From an uncultured Acidobacteriota bacterium (lineage in GTDB: Bacteria; Acidobacteriota; Polarisedimenticolia; J045): a stretch of DNA of 64,000 bases. Location of the stretch: the NCBI GenBank assembly GCA_963702425.1, contig CAVPCQ010000039.1, positions 32,001-96,000 of the forward strand, in the 5' to 3' direction. Shown piece by piece: positions 1 to 9,304 of the stretch. Made by a program: the position numbers and the translations under genes. The notes beneath the pieces were generated by a model that saw only the letters and a list, made by a program, of their open reading frames with translations, was not told the origin of the DNA and made no database searches. Within the stretch, counting starts at the first letter, position 1; each line of letters begins with the position of its first letter.

Positions 1-837
1 GAGCGCCTCGAGCTTCCCACCCGCGGCCAGGCGCTCGATCGTGACCCGTCCCTCGACCGACACGCCGTGCATCAGGACATCCCCGGTCACCCACGCGCCG
101 GCGAGCGCGACCGACGCGACCGAGTCGAGCGACAGGTCCAGATCGCCGCCGACCGCGAGGTTGGTCAGCTCGAGCCCCTTCGCGAGGTCCGAGCCCTGCA
201 GCGTGAGCGGCCCCGCGATCCGCACGTCCCGCAGCGTGACCGGCTCCTTGAACTTCGCGTAGTCGAAGCGGACCTCGTCGGCGACGAGCACGCGCTCGAG
301 CCGCACCTCGGCGGCGGCGGCGGCAAGGTTGAGCGACAGCGGCCCCATGATCGCGCTGTCCTCCAGCACCAGGCCGGCCAGGAGCGACGAGCCGCCGAGA
401 TCGAGCCCGCCCAGCACGACGACGTTGCGCAGCTCGACCGGCAGCCCAAGCCGCACGCAGGCCAGGACGATCGGTCCCGGCGCGAGGCAGGGGACGTCCT
501 CGGCGAGGCCGGGGCAGAGCAGCGCCCGGTCGACGACGCCGGCGAGCGCGCCGTTGCGCGGCGCACCGAGCGCGCGGCGCTCGGCCAGGCGTTGCGCCAG
601 GTCCGCGATGTCGACCGTGGCGCCCAGCCCGGGCCGGCACGCGTCCTGGCCCTCCGTGGGCGGGGGCGCGGCGGCAGGGGGCGCCGCGCCCGGGCGCGGC
701 GCGACCGCTCCACTGGCCGGCGCGGCGATCGAGAGCAGCAGCACGGGCAGCCCGGCGGCGAGCGCACGACGAAGCCGGCGCGGGCCGGCGCCTTCCCGCT
801 CGCGGCCCGCGTCGGGGGCAGCCTGGGCTCCGCTCAC
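1..837 (-). CDS. Exported pentapeptide-like/beta-solenoid repeat protein (continues beyond window start)
   Basis: Hand translation from GTG 837 (GAGGAG RBS upstream) is open to base 1: hydrophobic signal-like LAAGLPVLLLSIAAPASG, then ~11-aa periodic repeats (VELRNVVVLGG LDLGGSSLLAG LVLEDSAIMGP ... VTLRDVRIAGP LTLQGSDLAKG LELTNLAVGGD). Not in the ORF track because it lacks a stop in the window. Confidence 0.65.
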   Translation of the reverse strand, partial: MSGAQAAPDAGREREGAGPRRLRRALAAGLPVLLLSIAAPASGAVAPRPGAAPPAAAPPPTEGQDACRPGLGATVDIADLAQRLAERRALGAPRNGALAGVVDRALLCPGLAEDVPCLAPGPIVLACVRLGLPVELRNVVVLGGLDLGGSSLLAGLVLEDSAIMGPLSLNLAAAAAEVRLERVLVADEVRFDYAKFKEPVTLRDVRIAGPLTLQGSDLAKGLELTNLAVGGDLDLSLDSVASVALAGAWVTGDVLMHGVSVEGRVTIERLAAGGKLEAL

Positions 838-1001
838 GGGCGACTCCTCGCCCGGCCGTCCCGGACCCGGCCGGATCGTGTTGGACGGTTCCGCGCTCCG
901 CCGCGAGAATGGCGTGACGCGCATCCCGTTGTCCCCGGCCCGCGGGGACGACCTGCCGCGGAGATTACCAGTTGCCTCGATCGCCGTCCGGCGCCGCGCC
1001 C

Positions 1002-3341
1002 ATGCGCGGCGCGGCCCCGCGCCACAAGCCGACGCAGCGCTCACCCTTGGCCACCTGGACCGTACGCCTCGCGGCCTTCGCCGCGCTGCTCGCCGCGTTC
1101 GCGCTCTGGGGCTGGCTGGCGGTCGCGGGCGCGGGAACCGAGGCGGTGCGCGCGCTTCAGCAGAACCCCGCCGACGCGCCGGTCGAGGTCCTCGCTGCGC
1201 CGACGGTGCTGCGGACCGGCTCGGCTGTCGACCTCGGCGGACTCGGGCGCCAGTTGGCCGCGCTCGGCTACCGCCCGGTCACCGGGCGCCCCCGCGCGCC
1301 GGGGGAGTACCGGCGCCAGGGCGCCGCGTTCGAGATCTGGCGTCGCGCGCACCAGGGTCCGGACGGACCGATGGGGCAGGGATTCGTGCGCGTCGAAGGG
1401 GCCTGGGGCACGGTCTCGGCGCTGACCGACGAGCGCGGCAAACCGACGCGCGTCTTCGCGCTCGAGCCGGTCCGGCTGGGGGCCTTCCGCGGGCCGGTCC
1501 TGATGGAGCGGCGGCCGCTCGGCCTCAAGGAGTTCCCGCTCCGGCTGGTGCAGGCGGTGCTCGCCGCCGAGGACGCGCGCTTCCTCGACCACGGCGGGGT
1601 CGATCCGGTCGGCGTCGCCCGAGCCGCCTGGCACAACGTCGTCAGCGACGGACCGCTGCAGGGCGGCAGCACGATCACCCAGCAGGTGATCAAGAACCGC
1701 GTCGTCGGCGCCGATCGGACGGTCGAGCGCAAGCTGCGCGAGGCGCTGCTCGCGGCGTACGTCGAGCAGAGGGTCTCCAAGGAGCGGATCCTGGAGATCT
1801 ACCTCAACGAGGTCTACCTCGGGCAGCGCGGGCCGGTCTCGGTGGTCGGGATGCCGGCCGGCGCGCTGTTTTACTTCGGAAAGAACGTGCGCGAGCTGTC
1901 GCTGCCGGAGATGGCGGCGCTGGCGGCGCTGATCGCTTCGCCGGGACGGTTCGATCCGCGTGCAGAGCCCGAAGCGGCGCTCGGGCGGCGCAACTGGGTG
2001 CTGCGCCGGATGGCCGACGTGGGGTTCATCGACCGCGAGGCCGCGCGTGATGCGATCGAGACCCCGCTCGTCGTCGCGCCCGTCGCCGATCCGCTCGATC
2101 CGGCGGGCGATGTGCTCGACGCCGTCCAGCGCGAGCTGCGCGAACGCGGGGTCGAGCCACAGCCGGGGCCCGAGCAGGTGATGGTCCACACGACGATCGA
2201 CCCGACGCTGCAGGAGGCGGCGCGAGACGCGCTCGAGAGCGCGCTGACCGAGCTCGAGCGGGAGCAGCCCTCGCGGCGGCCGCTGGAGGGTGCGGTCGTC
2301 GTGCTTGACCCGGAAACCGGCGCGGTGCGGGCGCTGGTCGGGGGCCGCGCCGGAACGCGCGGGAGCTTCAATCGCGCGCTCGACGCGCGGCGTCAGCCCG
2401 GCTCGGCGTTCAAGCCGTTCGTGGCGCTCGCTGCGTTCGAGGAGCGAGGCAGCCTGCCGTCGACCGTCCTGGAGGACGAACCCCTGACGCTCGAGACCGC
2501 GCAGGGCCCGTGGAGCCCGCAGAACTTCGATCGCGAGTTCCGCGGCCCGGTGACGATCCGGCAGGCGCTCGAGCAGAGCCTGAACGTCCCGATGGTGCGG
2601 CTCGGGCTCGCGGTCGGCGCGTCGGACGTCGCGGCCTGGGCGCGTCGCGCGGGCTACAAGGGGCGCCTGCCGGACGGGCCGGCGATCGCGCTCGGTACCG
2701 GCGAAGCGACGCCGCTCGACCTGGCCGGGGCCTATGCGACGCTTGCCGCGCTGGGCCGCCCGCGCGCGGGCTGGATCGTGATCGGGGTGCGCGCCGGGCC
2801 GGCCGGGGTGGTGCGACCGCTCCGACCGGTTCCGCGCCCCGCCGCCACCGGCGTCGACGCGATCCCGGCGTGGCTGGTGCTCGACGCGATGTCCGGCTCG
2901 CCCGAGCGCGGGACGGCACGCAAGCTCGCACCGCTCTTGGGCGGGAAGCGGGTCGCGGCGAAGACCGGCACGACGCAGGGGGGGCGCGATGCCTGGTTCG
3001 TGCTGGTGACGGGCAAGGCGGTGGCCGTCGCCTGGGTGGGACGGGACGACAGCGGCCCGGCCGACCTGACCGGGGCCGGGGGAGCCCTGCCGGTCGTCGC
3101 CCGACTGCTGGAGGAGGTCCCGCAGGCGCTCCTCGCACCCCTCCCGGGACCCCCCGAGGGAGTGATCGAGGTGATGATCGACCCCGAGACCGGCGGGCTG
3201 GCGGGAAGCCGCTGCCCGACGCAGGTGCGCGAAGTCGTCCGCGAGGGGCAGGAGCCGGCCCCCTGCGGCACCCACCGGGGGTTCTGGCAGCGGCTCTTCG
3301 GCGGTTTCCGCGTCTGGACGCGAGGGGGCCGGGGGCCGTAG
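1002..3341 (+). CDS. Class A penicillin-binding protein (PBP1B-like transglycosylase/transpeptidase)
   Basis: N-terminal TM; GT51 motifs EDARFLDHGGVD, GGSTITQQVIK, RKLRE, KERILEIYLN; transpeptidase SAFK, SLN, KTGT; UB2H-like insert suggests PBP1B. ATG 1002 preferred to TTG 972. Confidence 0.93.
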   Translation: MRGAAPRHKPTQRSPLATWTVRLAAFAALLAAFALWGWLAVAGAGTEAVRALQQNPADAPVEVLAAPTVLRTGSAVDLGGLGRQLAALGYRPVTGRPRAPGEYRRQGAAFEIWRRAHQGPDGPMGQGFVRVEGAWGTVSALTDERGKPTRVFALEPVRLGAFRGPVLMERRPLGLKEFPLRLVQAVLAAEDARFLDHGGVDPVGVARAAWHNVVSDGPLQGGSTITQQVIKNRVVGADRTVERKLREALLAAYVEQRVSKERILEIYLNEVYLGQRGPVSVVGMPAGALFYFGKNVRELSLPEMAALAALIASPGRFDPRAEPEAALGRRNWVLRRMADVGFIDREAARDAIETPLVVAPVADPLDPAGDVLDAVQRELRERGVEPQPGPEQVMVHTTIDPTLQEAARDALESALTELEREQPSRRPLEGAVVVLDPETGAVRALVGGRAGTRGSFNRALDARRQPGSAFKPFVALAAFEERGSLPSTVLEDEPLTLETAQGPWSPQNFDREFRGPVTIRQALEQSLNVPMVRLGLAVGASDVAAWARRAGYKGRLPDGPAIALGTGEATPLDLAGAYATLAALGRPRAGWIVIGVRAGPAGVVRPLRPVPRPAATGVDAIPAWLVLDAMSGSPERGTARKLAPLLGGKRVAAKTGTTQGGRDAWFVLVTGKAVAVAWVGRDDSGPADLTGAGGALPVVARLLEEVPQALLAPLPGPPEGVIEVMIDPETGGLAGSRCPTQVREVVREGQEPAPCGTHRGFWQRLFGGFRVWTRGGRGP

Positions 3342-3383
3342 GTAGAAGTAGGCGAAAAGAGCCGGCAAGAGGCCAGACACCAG

Positions 3384-3866
3384 ATGTTCCCGATGCGCGC
3401 CGGCCGGCAGGCCGGACTGACCTACATCGAGCTGCTCACGGTGCTCGCACTGATCTCGCTCCTGACGCTGGTGGCGCTTCCGTACGTCCACCATCGTTAC
3501 AAGCGCATGCAGGAGAACGAGCTGCGCCGCGCACTGACCGAGATGCGTGCGGCCATCGACCGCTATCACGAGTACGCCGTGCTCGGCCAGATCGAACCGT
3601 GGGATCTCGACTGGATGAACTACCCCGAGGATCTCGAGATGCTGGTCGACGGGGTCGAGGTCCGCCCGTCAGCCGACCAGGAACCGATCGTGGTCAAGTT
3701 CCTGCGGAAGATCCCGGTCGACCCGATCACCGGCGAGGCGGAGTGGTCGTGCCGCGCCTACGACGACGAGCCGGACGACCGGGAGTCGAGCTGCGACACG
3801 CTGTATGACGTCTTCTCGACCGCGGACGGGCAGGCGCTCGACGGGACGTATTACCGCGACTGGTGA
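3384..3866 (+). CDS. Type II secretion pseudopilin / type IV pilin-like protein
   Basis: Class III signal peptide QAG/LTYIELLTVLALISLL; GspG-like LTEMRAAIDRY, YPEDLEMLVDG, FLRKIPVDPITG. Confidence 0.88.
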   Translation: MFPMRAGRQAGLTYIELLTVLALISLLTLVALPYVHHRYKRMQENELRRALTEMRAAIDRYHEYAVLGQIEPWDLDWMNYPEDLEMLVDGVEVRPSADQEPIVVKFLRKIPVDPITGEAEWSCRAYDDEPDDRESSCDTLYDVFSTADGQALDGTYYRDW

Positions 3867-3982
3867 GCCGGATACGAATTCCATGACGCCGGCCGAGTGT
3901 CTTTGAAACGGTGATAGAGTACCAGCCAAGGGGGGAATTCGACGCACACTCGGATGCGCGTCCCCGGAAAGGTCCTCGTCGC

Positions 3983-4363
3983 ATGGCCGACACCAGTCCC
4001 AGCAAGGTCTCGCTCGATCGGATGCTGCGCGTCACGATCGCCGAGATCCTCCAGAAGAACGCCGAGAAGTTCGCCCTCTCCCGTTCGCTCGAATCCGACG
4101 TCCGCGAGCTGCGCGCCGCCGTCTCCCGCCTGGAGCGACGGATCGCGGCACTGGGGGGTGGCACGGTCCGGAAGGGGCGCAAGCCGGGCCAGGGCCGCCC
4201 GGGGCGTCCGGCGCTCTACACCCACTGCACGGTGGCCGACTGCGGCGCCGAGCACTACGCGCTCGGACTGTGCAGCAAGCACTACCAGCAGCGTCGCCGC
4301 GGCGGCACCCTGAAGGGCGCGGCAAGGAAATCGGCGAAGAAGTCGAAGCTGCGGCGCCGCTAA
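3983..4363 (+). CDS. Small basic protein: coiled coil, GRPGRP motif, Cys/His Zn-finger-like motif, Lys-rich tail
   Basis: MADTSPSK start; heptad LESDVRELRAAVSRLERRIAAL; CTVADCGAEHYALGLCSKHY; tail ARKSAKKSKLRRR. Confidence 0.7.
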   Translation: MADTSPSKVSLDRMLRVTIAEILQKNAEKFALSRSLESDVRELRAAVSRLERRIAALGGGTVRKGRKPGQGRPGRPALYTHCTVADCGAEHYALGLCSKHYQQRRRGGTLKGAARKSAKKSKLRRR

Positions 4364-6537
4364 TCTGCTGACCCCTGCGTGGCCAGCGGAACGTACGCGC
4401 GCTCGGCGTAGTCGCTGACCATCCGGGTGCAGGAGAACCGCGGCAGCAGCTCGCGGATCGAAGCCTTCATCCGCCGCACCCACTCGCGCGGCACGCCATC
4501 GGCGTCGCGCTGGAAGTAGAGCGGCGCGACCTCATGCTCGAGCATGTCGTAGAGCGCGACGGCGTCCTCGGCGTCCTGGCGCTCGTCGTCGCCGAGCGAC
4601 TCCAGTCGCCCGATCGCCCAGCCGACCTCCGGCGCGAACCCCTCGATCCACCAGCCGTCGAGGATCGACAGGTTGAGCGCCCCGTTGACCGCCGCCTTCT
4701 GCCCGGAAGTGCCGGATGCTTCGAGCGGTCGCCGCGGATTGTTGAGCCAGACGTCGACCCCCTGCACCAGGATCCGCCCGACGTACATGTCGTAGTCCTC
4801 GAGAAACACCACCTTGCCGCGGAACTCCGGACTCTGGGCGAGGCGGAAGATCCGCTCGATCAGCTGCTGGCCTTCGAGGTCCGCCGGGTGGGCCTTGCCG
4901 GCGAAGATGATCTGCACCGGGCGTGTCTCGTCGGACAGGATGCGGCGCAGCCGGCCGAGATCCTTGAACAGCAGGAAGGCCCGCTTGTAGGTTGCGAAGC
5001 GGCGCGCGAAGCCGATCGTCAGGGCGCGCGGGTTGAGCAGCGTGTCGACGCCGGCGAGGTCACGCGGCGCGTGCCCCTGCCGCGCGTACATCCGTCGCAG
5101 GTTGTCGCGGCCGGCCCGGATCAGGCGGCGTTTCTGCGCCTCGTGCGCGGCCCAGAGCTCGTCGTCGGGAACGCGGGCACCGAACTCGGCCCAGCGCGAC
5201 GGGTTGCCGTGGTGGTCCTCCCAGTCCTGGCCGAGGCGCAGGTCGAACAGTTCACGCGTCTCGAGTCCCATCCAGGTCTCGACGTGGACGCCGTTGGTGA
5301 TCGAGGTGATCGGCGTCTCCGTTTCCGGGAAGAGATCGCGCCACATCTCGCGGCTCACCTCGCCGTGCTTCTCGGAGACGCCGTTGCGGAACGAGGAGAG
5401 GCGCAGCGCCAGCGCGGTCAGGTTGAAGGGCTCGGCTCCGTTCCCGGGCCGGACCTGTCCGAGCCCCATCACCTCCGAGACCGGTACTCCGAACTGCGAG
5501 GCCCAGTTGGAGAGGTAGAGGCGCGCGAGGTCGTTGTCGAACGACTCGTTGCCCGCGGGAACCGGCGTGTGCGTCGTGAAGACGGTGTTCTTCCGCACCG
5601 ACTCGAGCGCGCGCGGGAAGCGTTCGCCGCGCCGCATCTCTTCGCGGATCCGCTCGAGCAGCATCAGCGCGACGTGCCCCTCGTTGAGGTGCCAGACCGC
5701 GGGGTCGATCGAGAGTGCGCGCAGCGCCTTGACCGCGCCGACACCCAGCACGAGTTCCTGGTTCAGGCGCATCTCGCGGCCGCGGACGTAGAGGATGTGC
5801 GTGATCGGCCGGTCGGAAGGCTCGTTCTTCGGGCGATCGGAGTCGAGCAGCAGCACCGGCACCCGGCCGACCTGGGCCTTGTACACGCCGAGCGTGACCT
5901 GGCGGTCGAGGATCGGGACCGTGACCTCGAGCGGCCGTCCCCACGGAGCGAGGACCGCCTGCACCGGGAGCCGCAGGGGATCGAAGTCGGGGTAGAAGTG
6001 CTGCTGCCGCCCCTCGGCGTCGATCGACTGCCGGAAGTAGCCGCGGCGGTAGAGCAGGCCGACGGCGACGAAAGGCAAGCCGTGGTCGGAGGCCCCCTTC
6101 GCATGGTCGCCGGAGAGGATGCCGAGACCTCCCGAGTAGATGCCGAGGCTCTCGTGAACCCCGAACTCGGTCGACAGGTAGGCCACCGGCCCGCCCGCGT
6201 AGTCGGGGAAGCGGCGCCGGAAGAGCCAGCGTTCCGGATGGGTCATGTAGCGATCGAACGCGCCGACCACGCTCGCGTACGCGGCCTGGAAGGCGGTCGA
6301 CATCAGCAGCGATTCCCAGTGGTGCGGCTCGACGTTGAGCAGGACCTCGACCGGGTTGCGGTAGCGCGCCCAGAGCTCGGGCTGGATCGATGAGAAGAGC
6401 CGCCGCGCCTCGGGGGTCCAGCTCCACCAGAAGTTGTAGGCCAGCTCGCGCAGCCGTCCGAACTCCTCGGGCACGGCGATATCGACCGGGGCGAGCGTGC
6501 GGATCTCCGGGTAGGTCTTGCCGTCGGGCGACGCCAT
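4360..6537 (-). CDS. glgP: Alpha-glucan (glycogen) phosphorylase
   Basis: LAYNFWWSW, YSGGLGILSGDH, HLNEGH, FARRFATYKR, AGKAHP, PLP motif EASGTSGQKA. Confidence 0.97.
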   Translation of the reverse strand: MASPDGKTYPEIRTLAPVDIAVPEEFGRLRELAYNFWWSWTPEARRLFSSIQPELWARYRNPVEVLLNVEPHHWESLLMSTAFQAAYASVVGAFDRYMTHPERWLFRRRFPDYAGGPVAYLSTEFGVHESLGIYSGGLGILSGDHAKGASDHGLPFVAVGLLYRRGYFRQSIDAEGRQQHFYPDFDPLRLPVQAVLAPWGRPLEVTVPILDRQVTLGVYKAQVGRVPVLLLDSDRPKNEPSDRPITHILYVRGREMRLNQELVLGVGAVKALRALSIDPAVWHLNEGHVALMLLERIREEMRRGERFPRALESVRKNTVFTTHTPVPAGNESFDNDLARLYLSNWASQFGVPVSEVMGLGQVRPGNGAEPFNLTALALRLSSFRNGVSEKHGEVSREMWRDLFPETETPITSITNGVHVETWMGLETRELFDLRLGQDWEDHHGNPSRWAEFGARVPDDELWAAHEAQKRRLIRAGRDNLRRMYARQGHAPRDLAGVDTLLNPRALTIGFARRFATYKRAFLLFKDLGRLRRILSDETRPVQIIFAGKAHPADLEGQQLIERIFRLAQSPEFRGKVVFLEDYDMYVGRILVQGVDVWLNNPRRPLEASGTSGQKAAVNGALNLSILDGWWIEGFAPEVGWAIGRLESLGDDERQDAEDAVALYDMLEHEVAPLYFQRDADGVPREWVRRMKASIRELLPRFSCTRMVSDYAERAYVPLATQGSAD

Positions 6538-6660
6538 GGGGGCTCTCCGTCGTTGTCACCGCGCGCGGGGCGCGGCGGGGGAGGAGGCGCGGAAAGTGAA
6601 ACGCGCCGCCCGCCTGGTCAGCGGCACGGCGCGCTTCGAAGTCATCGAGGGAGGGGTTTC

Positions 6661-6747
6661 TGGTGCCGAAGGCGAGACTCGAACTCGCACGGGCTTGCAC
6701 CCACATGGCCCTCAACCATGCGCGTCTGCCAATTCCGCCACTTCGGC
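6661..6747 (-). tRNA. tRNA-Leu(GAG)
   Basis: Reverse complement GCCGAAGTGGCGGAATTGGCAGACGCG CATGG TT GAG GG CCATG, long variable arm, GTTCGAGTC, ends ACCA; typical position after secG. Confidence 0.97.
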
Positions 6748-6773
6748 ACGGTCGGGAAACGCCGCAGTCTAGC

Positions 6774-7136
6774 CTAGTTGCCCGTCGGAGGCACGGGCTG
6801 TGCCGGCACCGGGCTCGCCGGCGCGGGAGCAGCCGGCGCGGCCGGCGCGGGAGCCTGGGCGGCCGCGTCGCCGGCGAGGACGGAACGTCCCGAGCCGGCT
6901 TGCGAGAGCAGCACCAGCAGGATCGAGGTGCACATGAACACGATCGCCGACCAGGTCGTCGCCTTGCTGAGCACGGTCGAGCTGGCCCGCGGCCCGAACA
7001 CGGTCTGGGTCCCGCCGCCGCCGCCGAACGCGCTGGCGATGTCGGCGCTCTTCCCGGTCTGGAGCAGCACGACGAGGATCAGAAACAGGCAGACCACGAA
7101 GTGCACGGCCAGGACGATCACGTAAAGCGCGGACAT
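6774..7136 (-). CDS. secG: Preprotein translocase subunit SecG
   Basis: Two TM helices, VLLQTGKSADIASAFGGGG..TVFG, LSKATT; tpiA-secG-tRNA-Leu synteny. Confidence 0.96.
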   Translation of the reverse strand: MSALYVIVLAVHFVVCLFLILVVLLQTGKSADIASAFGGGGGTQTVFGPRASSTVLSKATTWSAIVFMCTSILLVLLSQAGSGRSVLAGDAAAQAPAPAAPAAPAPASPVPAQPVPPTGN

Positions 7137-7301
7137 CGGGTGGTTCTCCCGGCCGGGAAGCCCGGCCGCAAGGCGCGGAGAATAGCCGCTTTCCCCGGGC
7201 CCGGCAATCTTCGGCCTATCGCGGCGGCAAGCGCCGGGCTCGCCCCGGCGGCGGGCTCGAGCGCCTGCCGCCCGGTGTCGAGGCCCGCCGACGGGCCGCT
7301 T

Positions 7302-8075
7302 CTACCCGCCCGCCGCCGCCTCCACGATCCTCCGGAAGCCGGCGGGATCGAGGCTCGCCCCGCCGACCAGGAACCCGTCGACCTCCGAGAGCCGGGCCAG
7401 GCCGGCGGCGTTGCCGGGGTTGACCGACCCGCCGTAGAGAACGCGGGCGTCGGCCGCGATCCCGGGCGCGGTCGCCGCCGACAGGATCGCGCGCAGGAAG
7501 CCGTGAGCCTCCTCGACCTGCTGCGGCTGGGCCACTTTTCCCGTACCGATCGCCCAGACCGGCTCGTAGGCCAGCACGACCTCGGCTCCGCTCTTCGGGA
7601 CGACGCTCGCCAGTCCGCGGCGCAGCTGGGCCTCGATGACCTCCTCCGTGCGGCCGGCTTCGCGCTCGTCCTCGGTCTCGCCGACGCAGAGGACCGGGAT
7701 CAGCCCCCCCTCGCGCGCCGCCGCGACCTTGCGCCCGATCCGTTCGTCCGACTCGCCGAAGATGTGACGTCGCTCGGAATGGCCGACGATGACGTGGGTC
7801 GCACCCGCCTCGCGCAACATCTCCGCCGAGACCTCGCCGGTGAACGCCCCGGACGGCTCCCAGTGCAGGTTCTGCGCGCCGAGCAGGACCGGAAGCCCGG
7901 CGCACCCCTCGCGCACCGCGTCCAGGGAGGTGAAGGTCGGTGCGACGCCGATCCACACCCCGTGCGGCAGCGGCCGGGCCTCGGCCAGCGCGCGGAACGA
8001 CGCGCACCAGTGGCGCGCCGCGGAGCGCGTGAGGTGGAGCTTCCAGTTGCCGAAGACGAGCGGGGTGCGGTTCAC
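7302..8075 (-). CDS. tpiA: Triosephosphate isomerase
   Basis: GNWKL, GAFTGEVS, GHSERR, AYEPVWAIGTG, YGGSV, LVGGASL. Confidence 0.98.
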   Translation of the reverse strand: MNRTPLVFGNWKLHLTRSAARHWCASFRALAEARPLPHGVWIGVAPTFTSLDAVREGCAGLPVLLGAQNLHWEPSGAFTGEVSAEMLREAGATHVIVGHSERRHIFGESDERIGRKVAAAREGGLIPVLCVGETEDEREAGRTEEVIEAQLRRGLASVVPKSGAEVVLAYEPVWAIGTGKVAQPQQVEEAHGFLRAILSAATAPGIAADARVLYGGSVNPGNAAGLARLSEVDGFLVGGASLDPAGFRRIVEAAAGG

Positions 8076-8082
8076 GGCCTCC

Positions 8083-9270
8083 TCACTTCTCGAGCACGGT
8101 GACGCCCGGCAGCTCGATGCCGGAGAGGTACTCGAGCGCGGCTCCGCCGCCGGTCGAGACGTGATCGTACTTCGACTCGAGGCCGAACTTCGCCGCAGCC
8201 GCGGCGGTGTCGCCGCCCCCGAGGACGCGGAATGCCGGCAGCTCCGCGAGGTGCGTCGCCAGGGTGCGCGTGCCGGCGTCGGCGCCGGCCGCCTCGAACA
8301 GGCCGACCGGGCCGTTCCAGAGCACGGTCTTCACCGCGGGGGAGAGGATCGACTTCCAGCGGGAGACCGTCTCCGGGCCGATGTCGACGCCGATCTTCCC
8401 CTGCGGGATGTCCCCCTTCACCACCGACAGGCCGGTGACCTTCCGGCCATCGAGCGTCTCGGCCACCACGTGGTCGACCGGCAGCTCGATCTTCACGCCG
8501 CGGGCCGCCGCGCGGGCCATCAGGTCCTTCGCCAGGTCCAGCTTGTCGGCCTCGACCAGCGAGGCACCGACCGCGCCTCCGCGCGCCGCGAGGAAGGTGT
8601 AGGCCATCGCGCCGCCGACCAGGATCGCGTCGACGCGCTCGAGCAGCCGCTCGATCAGGTCGATCTTGTCGCTCACCTTCGCGCCGCCGAGGATCGCGAC
8701 GTAGGGGCGCTCCGGACGCTCGAGCAGCCGGGCCAGCGCGTCGACTTCCTTCTCCATCAGGAACCCGACCGCTCCGCCGCCGAGCACCGCCGGGACGCCG
8801 GTGACCGACGCGTGCGCGCGGTGGGCGGTCCCGAAGGCGTCGTTGACGTAGAGGTCGATCCCGCGCGCGAGGTCGGCCGCGAAGGCGGGGTCGCCATCGG
8901 TCTCGCCTTTGTGGTAGCGCAGGTTCTCCAGCAGCGCGACGCGGCCGTTGCCGAGGCCGGCGACGAGCGCGCGCGCGCCTTCGCCGACACAGTCATCGGC
9001 GAAGGGGACCTCCTGGCCGAGCAGCTCGGACAGCCGCCGCGCGATCGGTGCGAGGCTCAGCTCGGGTACGCGCTTCCCCTTCGGTCGGCCGAGGTGGCTG
9101 GCGCAGACGACGCGCGCCCCGCGGTCGATCAGCCAGCGCAGGGTCGGCAGCGCCGCGCGGATGCGCCGGTCGTCGGAGATCGTTGCGCCGTCGAGCGGCA
9201 CGTTGAAATCGACCCGGCAGAACACGGACTTGCCGGCCACGTCGAGGTCGGTCACGCGCTGGTGAGACAT
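8083..9270 (-). CDS. pgk: Phosphoglycerate kinase
   Basis: RVDFNVP, SHLGRPKG, LLENLR, NDAFGTAHRAHAS, GGAKVSDK, WNGPVG, HVSTGGGA. Confidence 0.98.
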   Translation of the reverse strand: MSHQRVTDLDVAGKSVFCRVDFNVPLDGATISDDRRIRAALPTLRWLIDRGARVVCASHLGRPKGKRVPELSLAPIARRLSELLGQEVPFADDCVGEGARALVAGLGNGRVALLENLRYHKGETDGDPAFAADLARGIDLYVNDAFGTAHRAHASVTGVPAVLGGGAVGFLMEKEVDALARLLERPERPYVAILGGAKVSDKIDLIERLLERVDAILVGGAMAYTFLAARGGAVGASLVEADKLDLAKDLMARAAARGVKIELPVDHVVAETLDGRKVTGLSVVKGDIPQGKIGVDIGPETVSRWKSILSPAVKTVLWNGPVGLFEAAGADAGTRTLATHLAELPAFRVLGGGDTAAAAAKFGLESKYDHVSTGGGAALEYLSGIELPGVTVLEK

Positions 9271-9304
9271 GTCTTCCTCCAGGGCGGGGGAGGCGGGGCC
9301 CCCG

